From Candidatus Bathyarchaeia archaeon (lineage in GTDB: Archaea; Thermoproteota; Bathyarchaeia; Bathyarchaeales; Bathycorpusculaceae), in NCBI GenBank assembly GCA_049512075.1, contig JBEKXL010000001.1:224001-288000 (forward strand): 64,000 nt of DNA, in the 5' to 3' direction. The translations under genes and the position numbers were made by a program. The notes beneath the pieces were generated by a model. That model was not told the DNA's origin. It saw only the letters and a program-made list of their open reading frames with translations, and made no database searches. The stretch's first letter is position 1. The number at the start of each line of letters is the position of its first letter. Below, piece by piece: positions 30,668-41,468 of the stretch.

Positions 30668-31213
30668 TCACCTTTTTCCCAGCGTATTTGGCAAAAAGCC
30701 CTCTCTTCTGTTCCATTCAGCTGTTGCCTGTTTGGATGACATTTTTGGCCGCGGTCTGTAATTCATTGCTTCTCCTTTCTGAACGCTGGCTCTGATTTCA
30801 TTGTAGTTTGTCCCCAGATCTTCAATGGTGGCAAATCCGACTTCATTATTCTTGCAAACGAAGGATGCCCTATTGGTAGCCATATCGCTTTTTGCAAGCA
30901 ACAGTCCAAAAGCATTTCCCACGTGACGGACTTTCCTGCAAAAATTAAGTGCTACTTTATTTCCCACAGGAAAGCGTGTATAAACATCGATTGCCATAAA
31001 CTGCTTGTCCTTCACAGGCTGCTCGAAATGTAGGAAAGCGTCAAAACTAAGCCCTTTGGCTAGCGCAAGCGATTCGTCACTTCCAAGCCTCAGAATATCC
31101 TCATCCCATTTTACCAAGCCTGATGGATAGACTTTCATGAGGGCTCCAAGCACACTATATATATAGTGTAAATGTGTCCGGAAAACCATTATTTCAGCCT
31201 TTCTATCGGACAA
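30668..31213 (-). CDS. Hypothetical protein
   Basis: 181-aa ORF bracketed by GC tracts at 30602 and 31242. Confidence 0.45.
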   Translation of the reverse strand: MSDRKAEIMVFRTHLHYIYSVLGALMKVYPSGLVKWDEDILRLGSDESLALAKGLSFDAFLHFEQPVKDKQFMAIDVYTRFPVGNKVALNFCRKVRHVGNAFGLLLAKSDMATNRASFVCKNNEVGFATIEDLGTNYNEIRASVQKGEAMNYRPRPKMSSKQATAEWNRREGFLPNTLGKR

Positions 31214-31262
31214 AATGAGACAAATCTTCTCTTATTCCTTAGCGCGCTGCCTTGTCCCTTTA

Positions 31263-31829
31263 TTATGTGTTGAAGTATGTTGGGGAGACTGCTTTGTCTG
31301 GTCTTCTGAGGTTTTCTGCTGCTTCTCTGTTCAGAACCAGGCACAGTAGGCTGTAGAGCGCGTAGGAAGCGACGTTTCTCAAGCCTCTGACCTTGTTTAT
31401 GGCTAAGCTGTACTGCGTCTTCAGGAAGCTGTAGACCGCTTCAATGTGAGGCCTCTTATGATACTCATTCTTCTGATCTTCTGGTCCATAGGTCCGAAAC
31501 TTCTTGTCTACCCTTAGAAGGCCTTTAACGTCGTGTTTCTGGTTAACGGGATAAGGAATCACTGCCTCGTCAACAGCACTTCTGAGTTTGCCGTCGCTGT
31601 ACTGGCTGTCAGCTATGACGCTTCTGAGTTTGGATCCAGACTGTCTCAGAATCAGCTTCGTCTTCTCCAGCATGTTCAGCGAGTGTTTCTTCTCGTTCTG
31701 GTTGGCAGAAGCAAAAGCGCAGGTCAACGGGAGCATGGTCTGAGAATCGATGGACAGGGCAATACTTAACCCAGACATCGTGTGCATTGTGTTCGGATCA
31801 TGTCGAACCCCCAAATCCATGAAGCACAA
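31263..31829 (-). pseudogene. IS4/IS5-superfamily DDE transposase C-terminal fragment
   Basis: ASANQNE, VIADSQY, YHKRPHIEAVYSFLK; N-terminal half missing. Confidence 0.78.
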
Positions 31830-31905
31830 AACTTATACCTTCGCCTAACCTGAAAACAAGCGAGTGCAATCAATTCAAAATTAGCCTCTCTCTAAAAGTG
31901 AACCC

Positions 31906-32124
31906 ATGAGCGAGCGTAAGAAGACAAGAGCGAGGAAAGTAGACGAGGAAGTCCCGCTCCGGGTAAGAAATATAGAAGATGAGCTACCAAAACCTATTGG
32001 CATTTATGCAGAAAACCTTTCAAATAGTGTGTTTATCAATAACACCTTTGTGGGTGTGCCAACCCCGATTTACATTAAGCGAGGTAGGAACAACGTTTTC
32101 TGGAACAATAGGGCGTATCCGTAG
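31906..32124 (+). CDS. Small beta-helix-like hypothetical protein
   Basis: GIYAENLSNSVFINNTF...NNVFWNN. Confidence 0.45.
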   Translation: MSERKKTRARKVDEEVPLRVRNIEDELPKPIGIYAENLSNSVFINNTFVGVPTPIYIKRGRNNVFWNNRAYP

Positions 32125-32140
32125 GAGATGAATTGGTAGG

Positions 32141-32377
32141 TTGATGGAAATGAGGAAATACAAAGATAAAGCGTTCAAAGGTGAAAAAGTGTTTTTGGGC
32201 CGCTCCGAATACGAGCGCTGTTCATTCGAAGACTGCGAAATGCATTTGGAATATGGGACGACGAAGGTAGCAAATTGCGAGTTTAAGAACTGCACTCTGC
32301 ATCTAAGTGGCCCCGCGTCAACTATTGCGATGGTCATAAAGCTGTTCTATCCCGATGCGTTTCCAGTAATTGAATAG
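32141..32377 (+). CDS. Small beta-helix-like hypothetical protein
   Basis: YERCSFEDC...NCEFKNC repeats. Confidence 0.5.
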   Translation: MMEMRKYKDKAFKGEKVFLGRSEYERCSFEDCEMHLEYGTTKVANCEFKNCTLHLSGPASTIAMVIKLFYPDAFPVIE

Positions 32378-32619
32378 ACTTTTATTCCGCACCTTCCATG
32401 AATGTCAATGAGCAGGAACTGATCATCGAGGGAACGTGAAAGAATGCCCAAATTACACTTGAAGTGTAAAACATGTGGGATTGTTTTTGAATCAGGTATA
32501 TCGGCGGATAGGCAGAGCTTTGAAACTCTGACCCTTGTGAATAATGTTCATCAGTGCCCAAAAGAGCACCGTAACTCCTATGACAAAAAAGACTATTTCT
32601 TCTAAGAAAGCAGGACTGC

Positions 32620-33510
32620 TCAATTCCCAGACATTCCAAAAACCACGGATCCGTCTTGAAATCCAAATGCAGTCTTTCCTCCCACCACGAAGCTCATTCC
32701 GAAGAAAGAATGATTTTTCAAGTCTGTTATTCCATAATTGCTAATATCCAGGTCTACCTTCCCCCAAGATAGACGGCCCGTTATCGTCCAGGTCGGTATG
32801 ATTTCTGGTGAACCTATACAAGAAATGAACTCATCTATTGATGCAGCGTTTGGATGCAATTCTCCTGACTTGACCAACTCTTTCAGCTTAGAGAAGCTCT
32901 GCTGCTGATATTTCCGTAGCTGACTTCTGAACTTTTCCAACGGATAGTCATCGAACCTCATAAATAGATTCGTCTTTTTGTCCTTGGACATTATTTCCAA
33001 TTCCTTCCCTCTGACCGAGCATCTCAAGTCAAAAAGGGCTTCACTTATTGCGATCCAGAAATTGTTATCCATGACCAGAATAGGATTTCCACTTTTGTCC
33101 CTTATGAAAAGATTGAGTCTGCTATAACCTTCACTATCCCGTTCAAAACCAATAACTCGCTCTTCATGAATCTCTAAGACATTCTTAACATTATATGCAA
33201 CATTTCCTACTATGCAGACAACGTCTTTTCTCAGATAGTCGTAATACTCCGACACTTTATCTGACGTTACATAGGGTTTCTCTTTCATTTGTCTGAGCTG
33301 GTCCTTAGTCCAACGTCCTCCATCCGCTAAGGACGCGTGGTTTGCACAAAGAGCAATCATACCCTCTGGATTATGGTGCTTTTTTTCGCTCCAAGGCGGG
33401 TCGAAATGATGCCATGTCAAATATGGAACCCCACATTTGGGGACAGGGCAACCGAAATTAACCTCTTTTCGTAGCTCCTCTCGGACTCTTCTGGGCGGAG
33501 TCCTATTCAA
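32620..33510 (-). CDS. HNH endonuclease-domain protein
   Basis: GCPVPKCG...HHFDPPW...HNPEGMIALCANH. Confidence 0.8.
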   Translation of the reverse strand: MNRTPPRRVREELRKEVNFGCPVPKCGVPYLTWHHFDPPWSEKKHHNPEGMIALCANHASLADGGRWTKDQLRQMKEKPYVTSDKVSEYYDYLRKDVVCIVGNVAYNVKNVLEIHEERVIGFERDSEGYSRLNLFIRDKSGNPILVMDNNFWIAISEALFDLRCSVRGKELEIMSKDKKTNLFMRFDDYPLEKFRSQLRKYQQQSFSKLKELVKSGELHPNAASIDEFISCIGSPEIIPTWTITGRLSWGKVDLDISNYGITDLKNHSFFGMSFVVGGKTAFGFQDGSVVFGMSGN

Positions 33511-33693
33511 TTATCTCACCGTTCCAGAAATGCAAGTGTGTGTAGATTGATTTAGACTTTTTCCATTCTTGTCTGATAGGGCGACAGTTGTAATTCAGAG
33601 TCTGTGGCAACGGCCTTGCGCGCATCGGTGGGAGTTTGGCGAAAGCCAAACGCATGCGCGTTTCTAAATAGGCAACAACAGCCTTCTTCTATT

Positions 33694-33999
33694 CTAACTC
33701 TTGGCAACAGAATGAATAGTTTTTGGGAACAGAACCTTTTTCACCATATCAATGGGTTTGAAATAGCCTATTTGACGGAATAGGTTCCCTTCCGCGTTTC
33801 GATAAGGGCCTATCAACGAATACAATACTGCTAGAGAAGCCATGCCATAAAGAACATTCGACAAGCATCCATCCTTAAGGTTCTCTATTTCAGCATGTTT
33901 CAAGTTATTGTAAGCATCCCACCAGTTTAGGCGTGTCTTATCGTCTTTGATGCCGTCAAATGGTAGAATCATGTTGTCTCTAAAAAGGGAGTTCAGTTA
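33694..33999 (-). pseudogene. C-terminal gene fragment (HEPN-like WWDAYNNLKH)
   Basis: Frame ends upstream at the (GC)5 tract 34000-34009. Confidence 0.55.
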
Positions 34000-34031
34000 G
34001 CGCGCGCGCTACTAGTCAAATCCAATACGTC

Positions 34032-34724
34032 CTATTGAAGTTGATTTATGTCCACAAATACGTTGGCGATATAGTTTTTCAGTTTGTGCCTTCCGATTCC
34101 CAAGCATGAATGAAGCAGTTTGATCGCGCCTTTCCATTCAAAGACTGTTGTAGGACCTTTCATCTGCAAATCGTTTATGAAATAGACAAAGACAAGGTAT
34201 GCGCATAGTCCGTTTTTCCTTAATAGGTAAAGATGAGCCAGCCTGTTCGTGTATTGGTAGAAACATTTAGACCAGTCGAAATCCGTCTTTGACTTTAGAT
34301 GGTCCTTAACTTCTCCAAGGCTCTTGAGTATTCTTTTTACCGAATCTTTATCTTTAGCCTGCAACATTGAAAACAATTCCTGAATGTGTGATTTCGCTTC
34401 GACCAGAAACAACTTTCCAGAAGCGCCTTTTCCGAGAGCGTCCCATTGAGGCCCTCCTTTAGGCCAGAATTCATCCAACGGTAACTTTTCTAACTTCACA
34501 TCAAGTAATTTCAAGAAAGCTTGATCGCGATATTCCGCGTAATCATCATTCTTCAGAGGTGAAAGCCATTGAATGCATTCTTTCTCTGAGAAATTAAGCG
34601 TGCTCCAAATCTGTGAGTTCAAAACTTCGGGCTTATCATTGACGAGTTTCTGAATCCATTTCTGGCTTCCTTTCTTTGCTTGAGTTTGAGGGAATCGAGC
34701 CATTTTTAACCCATCTTTTGACAT
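34032..34724 (-). CDS. PD-(D/E)xK-like nuclease
   Basis: PQWDALG...LVEAKSH...YQYTNRL. Confidence 0.65.
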   Translation of the reverse strand: MSKDGLKMARFPQTQAKKGSQKWIQKLVNDKPEVLNSQIWSTLNFSEKECIQWLSPLKNDDYAEYRDQAFLKLLDVKLEKLPLDEFWPKGGPQWDALGKGASGKLFLVEAKSHIQELFSMLQAKDKDSVKRILKSLGEVKDHLKSKTDFDWSKCFYQYTNRLAHLYLLRKNGLCAYLVFVYFINDLQMKGPTTVFEWKGAIKLLHSCLGIGRHKLKNYIANVFVDINQLQ

Positions 34725-34766
34725 ATGTTAGTGCGACATTATCTGCTTTTCCATGAGCGCGCGCGC

Positions 34767-35316
34767 AACTCAACGATTTCCTTCCTATATTCCTCAATCT
34801 CTGTCAGCAAAGGAGCATCAGGATTCTCTTTGAGGAGGTTGATGATCCATCCGGTCACTTCGTTAACGGCAGCGACTAGGAAGTGGCCACTACCCATTGC
34901 AGGATCGACTATCTTTAAACCCAGCAGGTCCTCTGTACACTTTTTCTTCAGCTCTGGCTCCTTTGTCTTGGAGGCTCTGAGAAGGTTCATATCAGCCAAG
35001 AAAAACTGTTCACGAGTTCTCAGATTAGCTTCTAGCCCTCTCCTTACAAGGAAAACGACAATTTCATCAGGGGTGTAGTAACTACCTGTTCCCTTTCTTC
35101 CCAAGCCTCTAACCGAGAGATACAGCTCTCCTTTCTCAATGAAACCACGAGGCTTCTGCTTTTGATCTTCAGCAAATTTCGCGTCGAGAATCTCTTCTTT
35201 GTAGATCACCAAAGACTGCTTGGCCTGTCTTACTGAATATTCGAGCAAAGCCTCATACAGAGAACCAAGATGCCGAACACCAAGGTTCTGATAGTCGATT
35301 CCCCGATTTTCAGACT
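34767..35316 (-). pseudogene. Internal fragment of a type IIG (Eco57I-like) R-M/methyltransferase gene
   Basis: IDYQNLGVRHLGSLYEALL...GSYYTP...VDPAMGSGHFL; both ends coincide with GC tracts. Confidence 0.88.
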
Positions 35317-35326
35317 CGCGCGCGCT

Positions 35327-36340
35327 TCATAAGTCATGAATTACTCCCGGTATTTTGGGAAAAACCTGTGTCTCTCCAATGTGCTTGGCTCCAACTATCC
35401 AGCTAACGAGCCTTTCTATGCCTATTCCAGCGCCAGCTGTGGACTTCAGTCTTCCCTCTTTTGCGAGTTTTAGCAACAACGCATAGTTTTCCTTTCTGAC
35501 GCCGTCTCTCTCCATTTTTCCGTTAATCTTGGCGTATTCGAACTCTCTTCTTGCACCAGACAATACCTCTCCGTATTCTGGCAAGTACAGATCGTAGTTG
35601 TCCCATCTGCCGCTCTTGCTATCCTCAAAATCGTAGAATTCTCGGGGAATGTTAGTCACCCAGACCGGATCTTCGGTTTCAGATGGAATTTGAAGTTCCC
35701 ATTCTTTTCCATACTCTTCTTCGAGTTCTACCTTATCGTGGACTCTGAAAGGGGTTCTTGGCGTTCTCAACCCATCATGTTTTCTGAGATATAGCAGCTC
35801 ATCCTTCATGTTCTTTTTCAAACTATCTATCAATCGCTGGACAACTTTTTCAACAAAGCTTCTGATATCTCGTGATGTAGCGTTCCTTGCTTCGAAGTCG
35901 AGTTGTGTGAACTCGTAGGCGTGCATTCCAGTGCTCGCTCTTTCACTTTTTTCTATCCTCACGTTCGGAGAGAGTATGAATAGCTTGGGAACGGCTAAAG
36001 AGCAGGCAACCATCTTGTGAACTATCATGCTTGTCGTCGTTCTGACTGTTTTTCCGTAGATTTCGACCTCAACGCGCTTCTCAATGGATGCACATGAGTC
36101 TGGCCACAGGGGGTCGGTTGACTGGGAAAATATGACTGGCAGCAACCATTCGAAGCCGTTGTCGGTAAACTCTTGAGTGAGGCATTTCAGAGTGCAAGTC
36201 ATTATCTTGCTGATGCAATGTTTTCTCTGGATTTCGTCTTCAGACAATTCCTCCAACGGCCTAGGCAACTCACCAATCGTCAGACTTCTCTGCGGGCTGA
36301 AACGTTTTTCACTCATCCAATCACCTTTTGATTTCAGCAT
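35327..36340 (-). CDS. asnA: Archaeal asparagine synthetase A (AsnRS catalytic-core paralog)
   Basis: STDPLWPD, SPNVRIE, HAYEFTQLDFE, EVLSGARRE, AGAGIGIERL; no anticodon-binding domain. Confidence 0.85.
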   Translation of the reverse strand: MLKSKGDWMSEKRFSPQRSLTIGELPRPLEELSEDEIQRKHCISKIMTCTLKCLTQEFTDNGFEWLLPVIFSQSTDPLWPDSCASIEKRVEVEIYGKTVRTTTSMIVHKMVACSLAVPKLFILSPNVRIEKSERASTGMHAYEFTQLDFEARNATSRDIRSFVEKVVQRLIDSLKKNMKDELLYLRKHDGLRTPRTPFRVHDKVELEEEYGKEWELQIPSETEDPVWVTNIPREFYDFEDSKSGRWDNYDLYLPEYGEVLSGARREFEYAKINGKMERDGVRKENYALLLKLAKEGRLKSTAGAGIGIERLVSWIVGAKHIGETQVFPKIPGVIHDL

Positions 36341-36480
36341 GTCTTGTGAACACTTCCAGATTGACCAATGTTAATGCGTGTAGAAGTGCACGTACTGGAA
36401 AATAAACTTTTTATAACAAAAATTGGGAATTTTTCAGAAAACGTTAGCATTTTATAGCAGAAGATGTAATAATTACAGTT

Positions 36481-36996
36481 ATGGAAGCGAAACTCGACGA
36501 GAAAGACATAGCAATCTTGGCTCTTGTACAGAGAGATTGCAAACTCACCGCAAGGGAGATTGCCAGAAAAATCGATTCGCCAATAACAACCGTTTTCGCG
36601 AAGATAAAGCGCATGGAAGAGCGGGGTGTCATAAAAGAGTATAGAGCAGTTCTTGATCCAAAGAAACTTGATTGCGGCACCACAGCTTTTATTCTGGCCT
36701 CCGTAACTTACGGGGTAAGGAACGAGGAGAAGCCTTTCTCACAGAGAGAAAGAGCGGCGGAAATTGCCAAGTTTCCAGAGGTTCAAGAGGTTCACATAAT
36801 AACGGGCGACTGGGACCTTCTGATAAAACTCAGAGCAGAAAGCGTTGACACAATAGGACAATTCGTCATTGACAAGCTACGGTTTGTAAGGGGAATCGAG
36901 AAAACTCTCACATGCATGGTCTTCGAAACCTGCAAGGAAACAACGGAAGTACCCCTCAGTGCGCGCGCTCCGTCACGCTTCAAAGAAAGGGAATAA
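36481..36996 (+). CDS. Lrp/AsnC transcriptional regulator
   Basis: LDEKDIAIL...HTH...HIITGDWDLL; divergent from asnA. Confidence 0.9.
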   Translation: MEAKLDEKDIAILALVQRDCKLTAREIARKIDSPITTVFAKIKRMEERGVIKEYRAVLDPKKLDCGTTAFILASVTYGVRNEEKPFSQRERAAEIAKFPEVQEVHIITGDWDLLIKLRAESVDTIGQFVIDKLRFVRGIEKTLTCMVFETCKETTEVPLSARAPSRFKERE

Positions 36997-37225
36997 GAGT
37001 AATTCAAGCTATTTTCGAAGAACTATTGGAAGACGGTGATGAACTACTACCTTGGGAGCACCGGGACAAGATGCTCTCGACATTAAGCAACCAAGAAAAA
37101 ACAAGAATATGCTGTGACTTTATTGCCTGCTTTGCGATTGCCAAGCTTGAATGTAGAGATGTATTTTTGATACGTAAGATGCTTATAGTCCGAATGGCAA
37201 GATATGAGCGAAAGAGGACAAGTGT

Positions 37226-37519
37226 TTGAGAAGATCAAAGCTTGAGATGTATCTTGACATCCTTCGTGTTCTGGAAGGCGGTGGTCAGTTGAAGCTGACG
37301 CACATAATGTATGAGACTAACGTTAACTGTTGCGTTCTCAAGGAGTATTTGGGCTTTCTAGTGAAGCAAGGCCTGGTTGAAACGCGGGCCGTGGGAAGGC
37401 AAAGAATGGCCTACTCAATAACTCAAAGAGGCATAACCGTGCTCAACTGTTTCAGAGAGCTCAAACAAGTTTTGCCTATCGTGGATGAAGACCGCAACCT
37501 AACGCCAGTTCCCATTTGA
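37226..37519 (+). CDS. Winged-helix regulator (archaeal HTH_45/DUF4364-like)
   Basis: RRSKLEMYLDIL...THIMYETNVN...YSITQRG. Confidence 0.82.
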   Translation: MRRSKLEMYLDILRVLEGGGQLKLTHIMYETNVNCCVLKEYLGFLVKQGLVETRAVGRQRMAYSITQRGITVLNCFRELKQVLPIVDEDRNLTPVPI

Positions 37520-37684
37520 TCTGTGGCATCAAAGCGTGCTTAATGCAGCAAGCAGTTCCAATGAAGACCTCGCAGTTAGGAATCACCAGTTACCAAGAAT
37601 GAACCATCCTTCGTTTGCACACATGTGAATCTTGAGTTTTAAGTGATATTGAAAGACGTAAGAAAAATCGCTAGCTATCTCTGC

Positions 37685-38209
37685 CTATTCCTTCTTCTCC
37701 TTCATTTGCAGTACATGGTTGGCCAGCAGTGAGAAAGTCAATGGACGAATGTGAACTTTGTCCTCTAGGCTTGTCAGGAAGCTTCGGAACCTTGACACGT
37801 CAAGGAAAGGATGTTCTTTCAACTTGTCGATGAATTCAACGTACGAGGAATAGTTCTCATGTAAGGAGACGATTACTCCTGTACTCTCCAGTCCCAATCC
37901 TCTTTCAAACATGATGATTTTCTGCGATAGCTCGCCTCTCAGGTTCTTTTCGGCTGCTGCGATTGTCTCCTTATATTCTTCGTGGCTAACTTCTTTGAGT
38001 GAACATAAAGTCAACGCCATAATCTTGTATCCAAGTTCGATGAAGTTAGGTATCATCGTGTACTCTTTGATGACGCCTTCTGCCTCAAGCCTCTTGATCA
38101 TTCTGCTAACTGTGGGCTGAGAAACCCTCAAAGCTCTGGCCAGTTCCCTGTCGCTTCTGCGGCTGTTCTTCATAAGCTCAGCAACCAGCCTCGACTCAAC
38201 GTCCTTCAA
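37685..38209 (-). CDS. Lrp/AsnC-type HTH regulator
   Basis: NSRRSDRELARALRVSQPTVSRMIKRLE. Confidence 0.85.
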   Translation of the reverse strand: MKDVESRLVAELMKNSRRSDRELARALRVSQPTVSRMIKRLEAEGVIKEYTMIPNFIELGYKIMALTLCSLKEVSHEEYKETIAAAEKNLRGELSQKIIMFERGLGLESTGVIVSLHENYSSYVEFIDKLKEHPFLDVSRFRSFLTSLEDKVHIRPLTFSLLANHVLQMKEKKE

Positions 38210-38554
38210 AACTCACCCTTCCCTTTGCGTTGTGGCTAAGTGCTACCGTGATCCTATGATAAAAAGCTTTGGAGCGACTGGAAACTGGTATTTCTCAGCC
38301 ACTTGTCTCAAATCATTTCTTTCTAATTTTCCGCGTAACTTCACAAGAGATCTTAGCTCGGTGAGAGCCTTTTGAAAAGTCGCGTGACTACCAAATCGTA
38401 ATGGCTTGAACGAGACCTCAATTTCATCCAGACTTTTCAACCTCAAAAGATTTACTGAAACAATGTAACTAAGAGGTTTTCCAAGCGCACTACCATATTC
38501 TCGTTCATCTTTCAAGGGACCAATCTTGGCAGCTTCGGCAAGCCAGTGTAACGG

Positions 38555-38860
38555 TCAGAGCTTTTCAATCTCTTTAAGGCACTTCAATAACTTTAGACCC
38601 TTCTCCGTGGGTTGGTAAACGGTTCTAATTGGCCTTGTATCCATTACGGTGCGTTTAATGAGCTCCATGTTTGACAAGCCTCTTACTACTAGGGTTACTG
38701 TCGCACGACTTTGAACGATATTGTTTTCAAGGTCGTGTTTCAGTATTTCTCCATAATGTGCAGATCCCCTTCCGCACACAAACTCCAACGTTTCGTAGAA
38801 ACCCTTTTTCGACATCTTCCTCAAGGTTTTCATGAAGTCGCTACGTTTGCTTTTCTCCAT
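38555..38860 (-). CDS. Winged-helix (HxlR-like) protein
   Basis: RPIRTVYQPTEKG wing motif. Confidence 0.7.
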   Translation of the reverse strand: MEKSKRSDFMKTLRKMSKKGFYETLEFVCGRGSAHYGEILKHDLENNIVQSRATVTLVVRGLSNMELIKRTVMDTRPIRTVYQPTEKGLKLLKCLKEIEKL

Positions 38861-39020
38861 CTAGTTCTTGCCCATATGCTGGTATCAAAGCACTCATCAT
38901 AAGTTGCGAGCATATGTTTCGGAGTCTAAGGCGTCGAAATGAAATCTAGACTCTCATTTCATAATCCTTATACCCTCATCTGTCCAAATATCACTATCCC
39001 AATTCAGGCGGAGTATTAGC

Positions 39021-40016
39021 ATGACCGAAATTGAGTTTAAAACACGAGAGTTAGAACGTCTCCTGAGCGAGGGTAGGATTACTCTTGAACAATATCTTGA
39101 TGCGAGAACGAGAATTGGAAACTCAACTGCTTCTCAGACCGTTCGTAAACACTCGCCATCGAAAGAAACTGTTGTCCATGCTGAAACCGTGCAGCCTCAC
39201 GGTAAAGGGTCAAAAAAGTTCTATTCCAAAGTCGTTCTTGGACTGATTCTCTGCTCGATAATACTCATCGGCGGGCTCTTCGCTTGGGGTTATCTGAATT
39301 CGGCGCATGCTGAAAGCTTGACGATTGAAGGTTATTCAGTGAAATTGTTTACCTCGGGGGCAGTGCTGTTTGAGTTAAAGAACAGTGGGAGCGCGGACGT
39401 TCGAATATCATGCGTAACGATGAATGGGTGCTTGAATCAGAGCTTGGAAGGCTGGAACCAGGGTTGGAACGGAACCGTGTTCCTACAGCCGGGTTCAAGA
39501 GGCACTCTCTACGTGTACGTTCCTTGTTACTTCTATGTCTTGAACTCGTCCATGCCGTCCTTGTCGCCGTCGCCAACCCAGGCAGAGTTAGAGAACCTCT
39601 ATTCGTATATGGAATCTTTCAACTGCACCTTCACGTTTGTGACGAATACACAGCACGAATACAACTGCACCGTGCCAGGATTGGCATCAGTTATCATTCC
39701 TGCAGCTTGGATGGGCTCGCTAACGTACACCTTTATGGCGACGGAACAACTGCAAATCACAAACCTAGCATTCGTCCCAGGAACTATTATGGTCACGCTG
39801 GACAACACGGGAACCACTCAGGTAACAATCGTTGAGGTGTGGGTAAACAACGTAATGCAAACAAGCACAAACCCACCGTTAGCCATCTCGGTCCCTGCCA
39901 ATTCAGCAACCCAGCTCAGCATTACAATGACCGTTATCGCAGGCTACCAATACGAAGTCAAACTCGTGTCTTCGAAGGGCAACACTTTCGTTGGTACCGG
40001 CACAGCTCCAACTTGA
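39021..40016 (+). CDS. Membrane-anchored surface protein (SHOCT-like N-terminus, two pilin/Ig-like domains)
   Basis: LLSEGRITLEQY, one TM helix, repeated LKNSG/LDNTG strands, VKLVSSKGNTF. Confidence 0.65.
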   Translation: MTEIEFKTRELERLLSEGRITLEQYLDARTRIGNSTASQTVRKHSPSKETVVHAETVQPHGKGSKKFYSKVVLGLILCSIILIGGLFAWGYLNSAHAESLTIEGYSVKLFTSGAVLFELKNSGSADVRISCVTMNGCLNQSLEGWNQGWNGTVFLQPGSRGTLYVYVPCYFYVLNSSMPSLSPSPTQAELENLYSYMESFNCTFTFVTNTQHEYNCTVPGLASVIIPAAWMGSLTYTFMATEQLQITNLAFVPGTIMVTLDNTGTTQVTIVEVWVNNVMQTSTNPPLAISVPANSATQLSITMTVIAGYQYEVKLVSSKGNTFVGTGTAPT

Positions 40017-40133
40017 TTCTACGACAGTTCACACGTCGACCCAGTGACCGAAGCCTCGGCAAACGGACTAGAGTATTGAGTCGTAAGAGTTATTAGGTCA
40101 ATTTAACATCGAACTAGCAAGGTCGAACAAGCG

Positions 40134-40634
40134 ATGGCCACCTCAGCGCACGCGCCTGCACAACCTCATGTACTTAGAAACGTTGGAGTTATGGTAATTG
40201 TCGTCGTAATTGTTCTGGGGTCGGTGTTGGTTCTGAGTTTTCGCGGTTTGGGAGGCGGTGGCGGCATCACGCAGTCCACGCATACAGTCAACATCGTTAA
40301 TGATCTGATAACGGTGAACGCCAACGACTACGAATACTATCCGTTCTACGTGCCTTCAGGAGCTACCAACGTGCAGGTCCAAGGAAGTTTCACCGCATCG
40401 GGCGGTTCGGGAAACGACATAGAAGTCCTAATCATGGGTTCAACAGACTTCATCAATTGGCAGAACGGACATCAGGCAAGCGCTTACTACGATAGCGGAC
40501 AGTTGACCACATCCAGCTTCGATGTCCCTCTTCCCTCTGGTCAAGGAACTTACTATTTGGTCTATTCCAACACATTCTCTATCATAAGTCAGAAGAACGT
40601 AAACACGCAAGCCAATCTAAGCTACACAAGCTAA
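40134..40634 (+). CDS. Membrane-anchored beta-sandwich protein
   Basis: TM helix, then VQGSFTASGGSGNDIEV...GTYYLVYSNTFS. Confidence 0.7.
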   Translation: MATSAHAPAQPHVLRNVGVMVIVVVIVLGSVLVLSFRGLGGGGGITQSTHTVNIVNDLITVNANDYEYYPFYVPSGATNVQVQGSFTASGGSGNDIEVLIMGSTDFINWQNGHQASAYYDSGQLTTSSFDVPLPSGQGTYYLVYSNTFSIISQKNVNTQANLSYTS

Positions 40635-40736
40635 GAAAACAGGACTGATGCGGCACAAAATCATCTGCCGACCTACGCGCGAAGCGCGCGCGAGAAAATG
40701 GCACACGAAGAGGTTCAATTCACTAAGAAGAGGTAA

Positions 40737-41267
40737 TTGAAAATGGATAACTGTTTCAAATGTGGAAAAAAACTGAGCTGGACTGAAAAACACGCTAAGG
40801 GTATGGTAAATCCTGTTTGGCGTGTTTGGCAATATCACCCAGAATATAAAGGAAAAAGATTCTGTCGAGAGTGTCAACAAGAGTTTTTCAAAGAGGAAAA
40901 AGCAATCTTAGCAAGGAAACCATTATGTCTAAACTGTGGTTACGGTAAAGTCATTGACCACATTGACGCTTTTGGGGATTCTGTTTATTCCTCTCAATCT
41001 CTCTCATGTCGAAAATTCAGCATGGACGTGAAGGGCAGAGGTGAAAGCGAAGCCCCAAATTGCAAGAGCTTCATACCCAAAGAGGAATATAAACAGAAAG
41101 CCCTTAAAGGAGAACTACCATCAGAGAAAGAAGCCCATTATGTAACTTGTCAATACTGCAAAACTCACTACGATGCAAATCAATACTTCAAATGCCCTCA
41201 ATGCGGTTCACCGACAACCTTAGACAGAACTGCCAAACGCACTTACCCAAGAACTGGAACCGATTAG
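40737..41267 (+). CDS. Multi-zinc-finger hypothetical protein
   Basis: Several CxxC pairs; bracketed by GC tracts at 40676-40692 and 41273. Confidence 0.65.
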   Translation: MKMDNCFKCGKKLSWTEKHAKGMVNPVWRVWQYHPEYKGKRFCRECQQEFFKEEKAILARKPLCLNCGYGKVIDHIDAFGDSVYSSQSLSCRKFSMDVKGRGESEAPNCKSFIPKEEYKQKALKGELPSEKEAHYVTCQYCKTHYDANQYFKCPQCGSPTTLDRTAKRTYPRTGTD

Positions 41268-41468
41268 TCAATGCGCGCGCGGTCTATGTAGCTATCGAGT
41301 TAAATCCATCCGTAGATGAAAAGCGCGCGCGAATTCTCGAACATTAGTTTTAGACTTCCTTGCATCTGAATTATGAAACCAAGATTCCATATAATTTGAA
41401 GCAGATTGTTGACGAGTAATTCATAAGACTGAAAAATAATGGGCGCGGATTGCCATATTGTGGACTAA

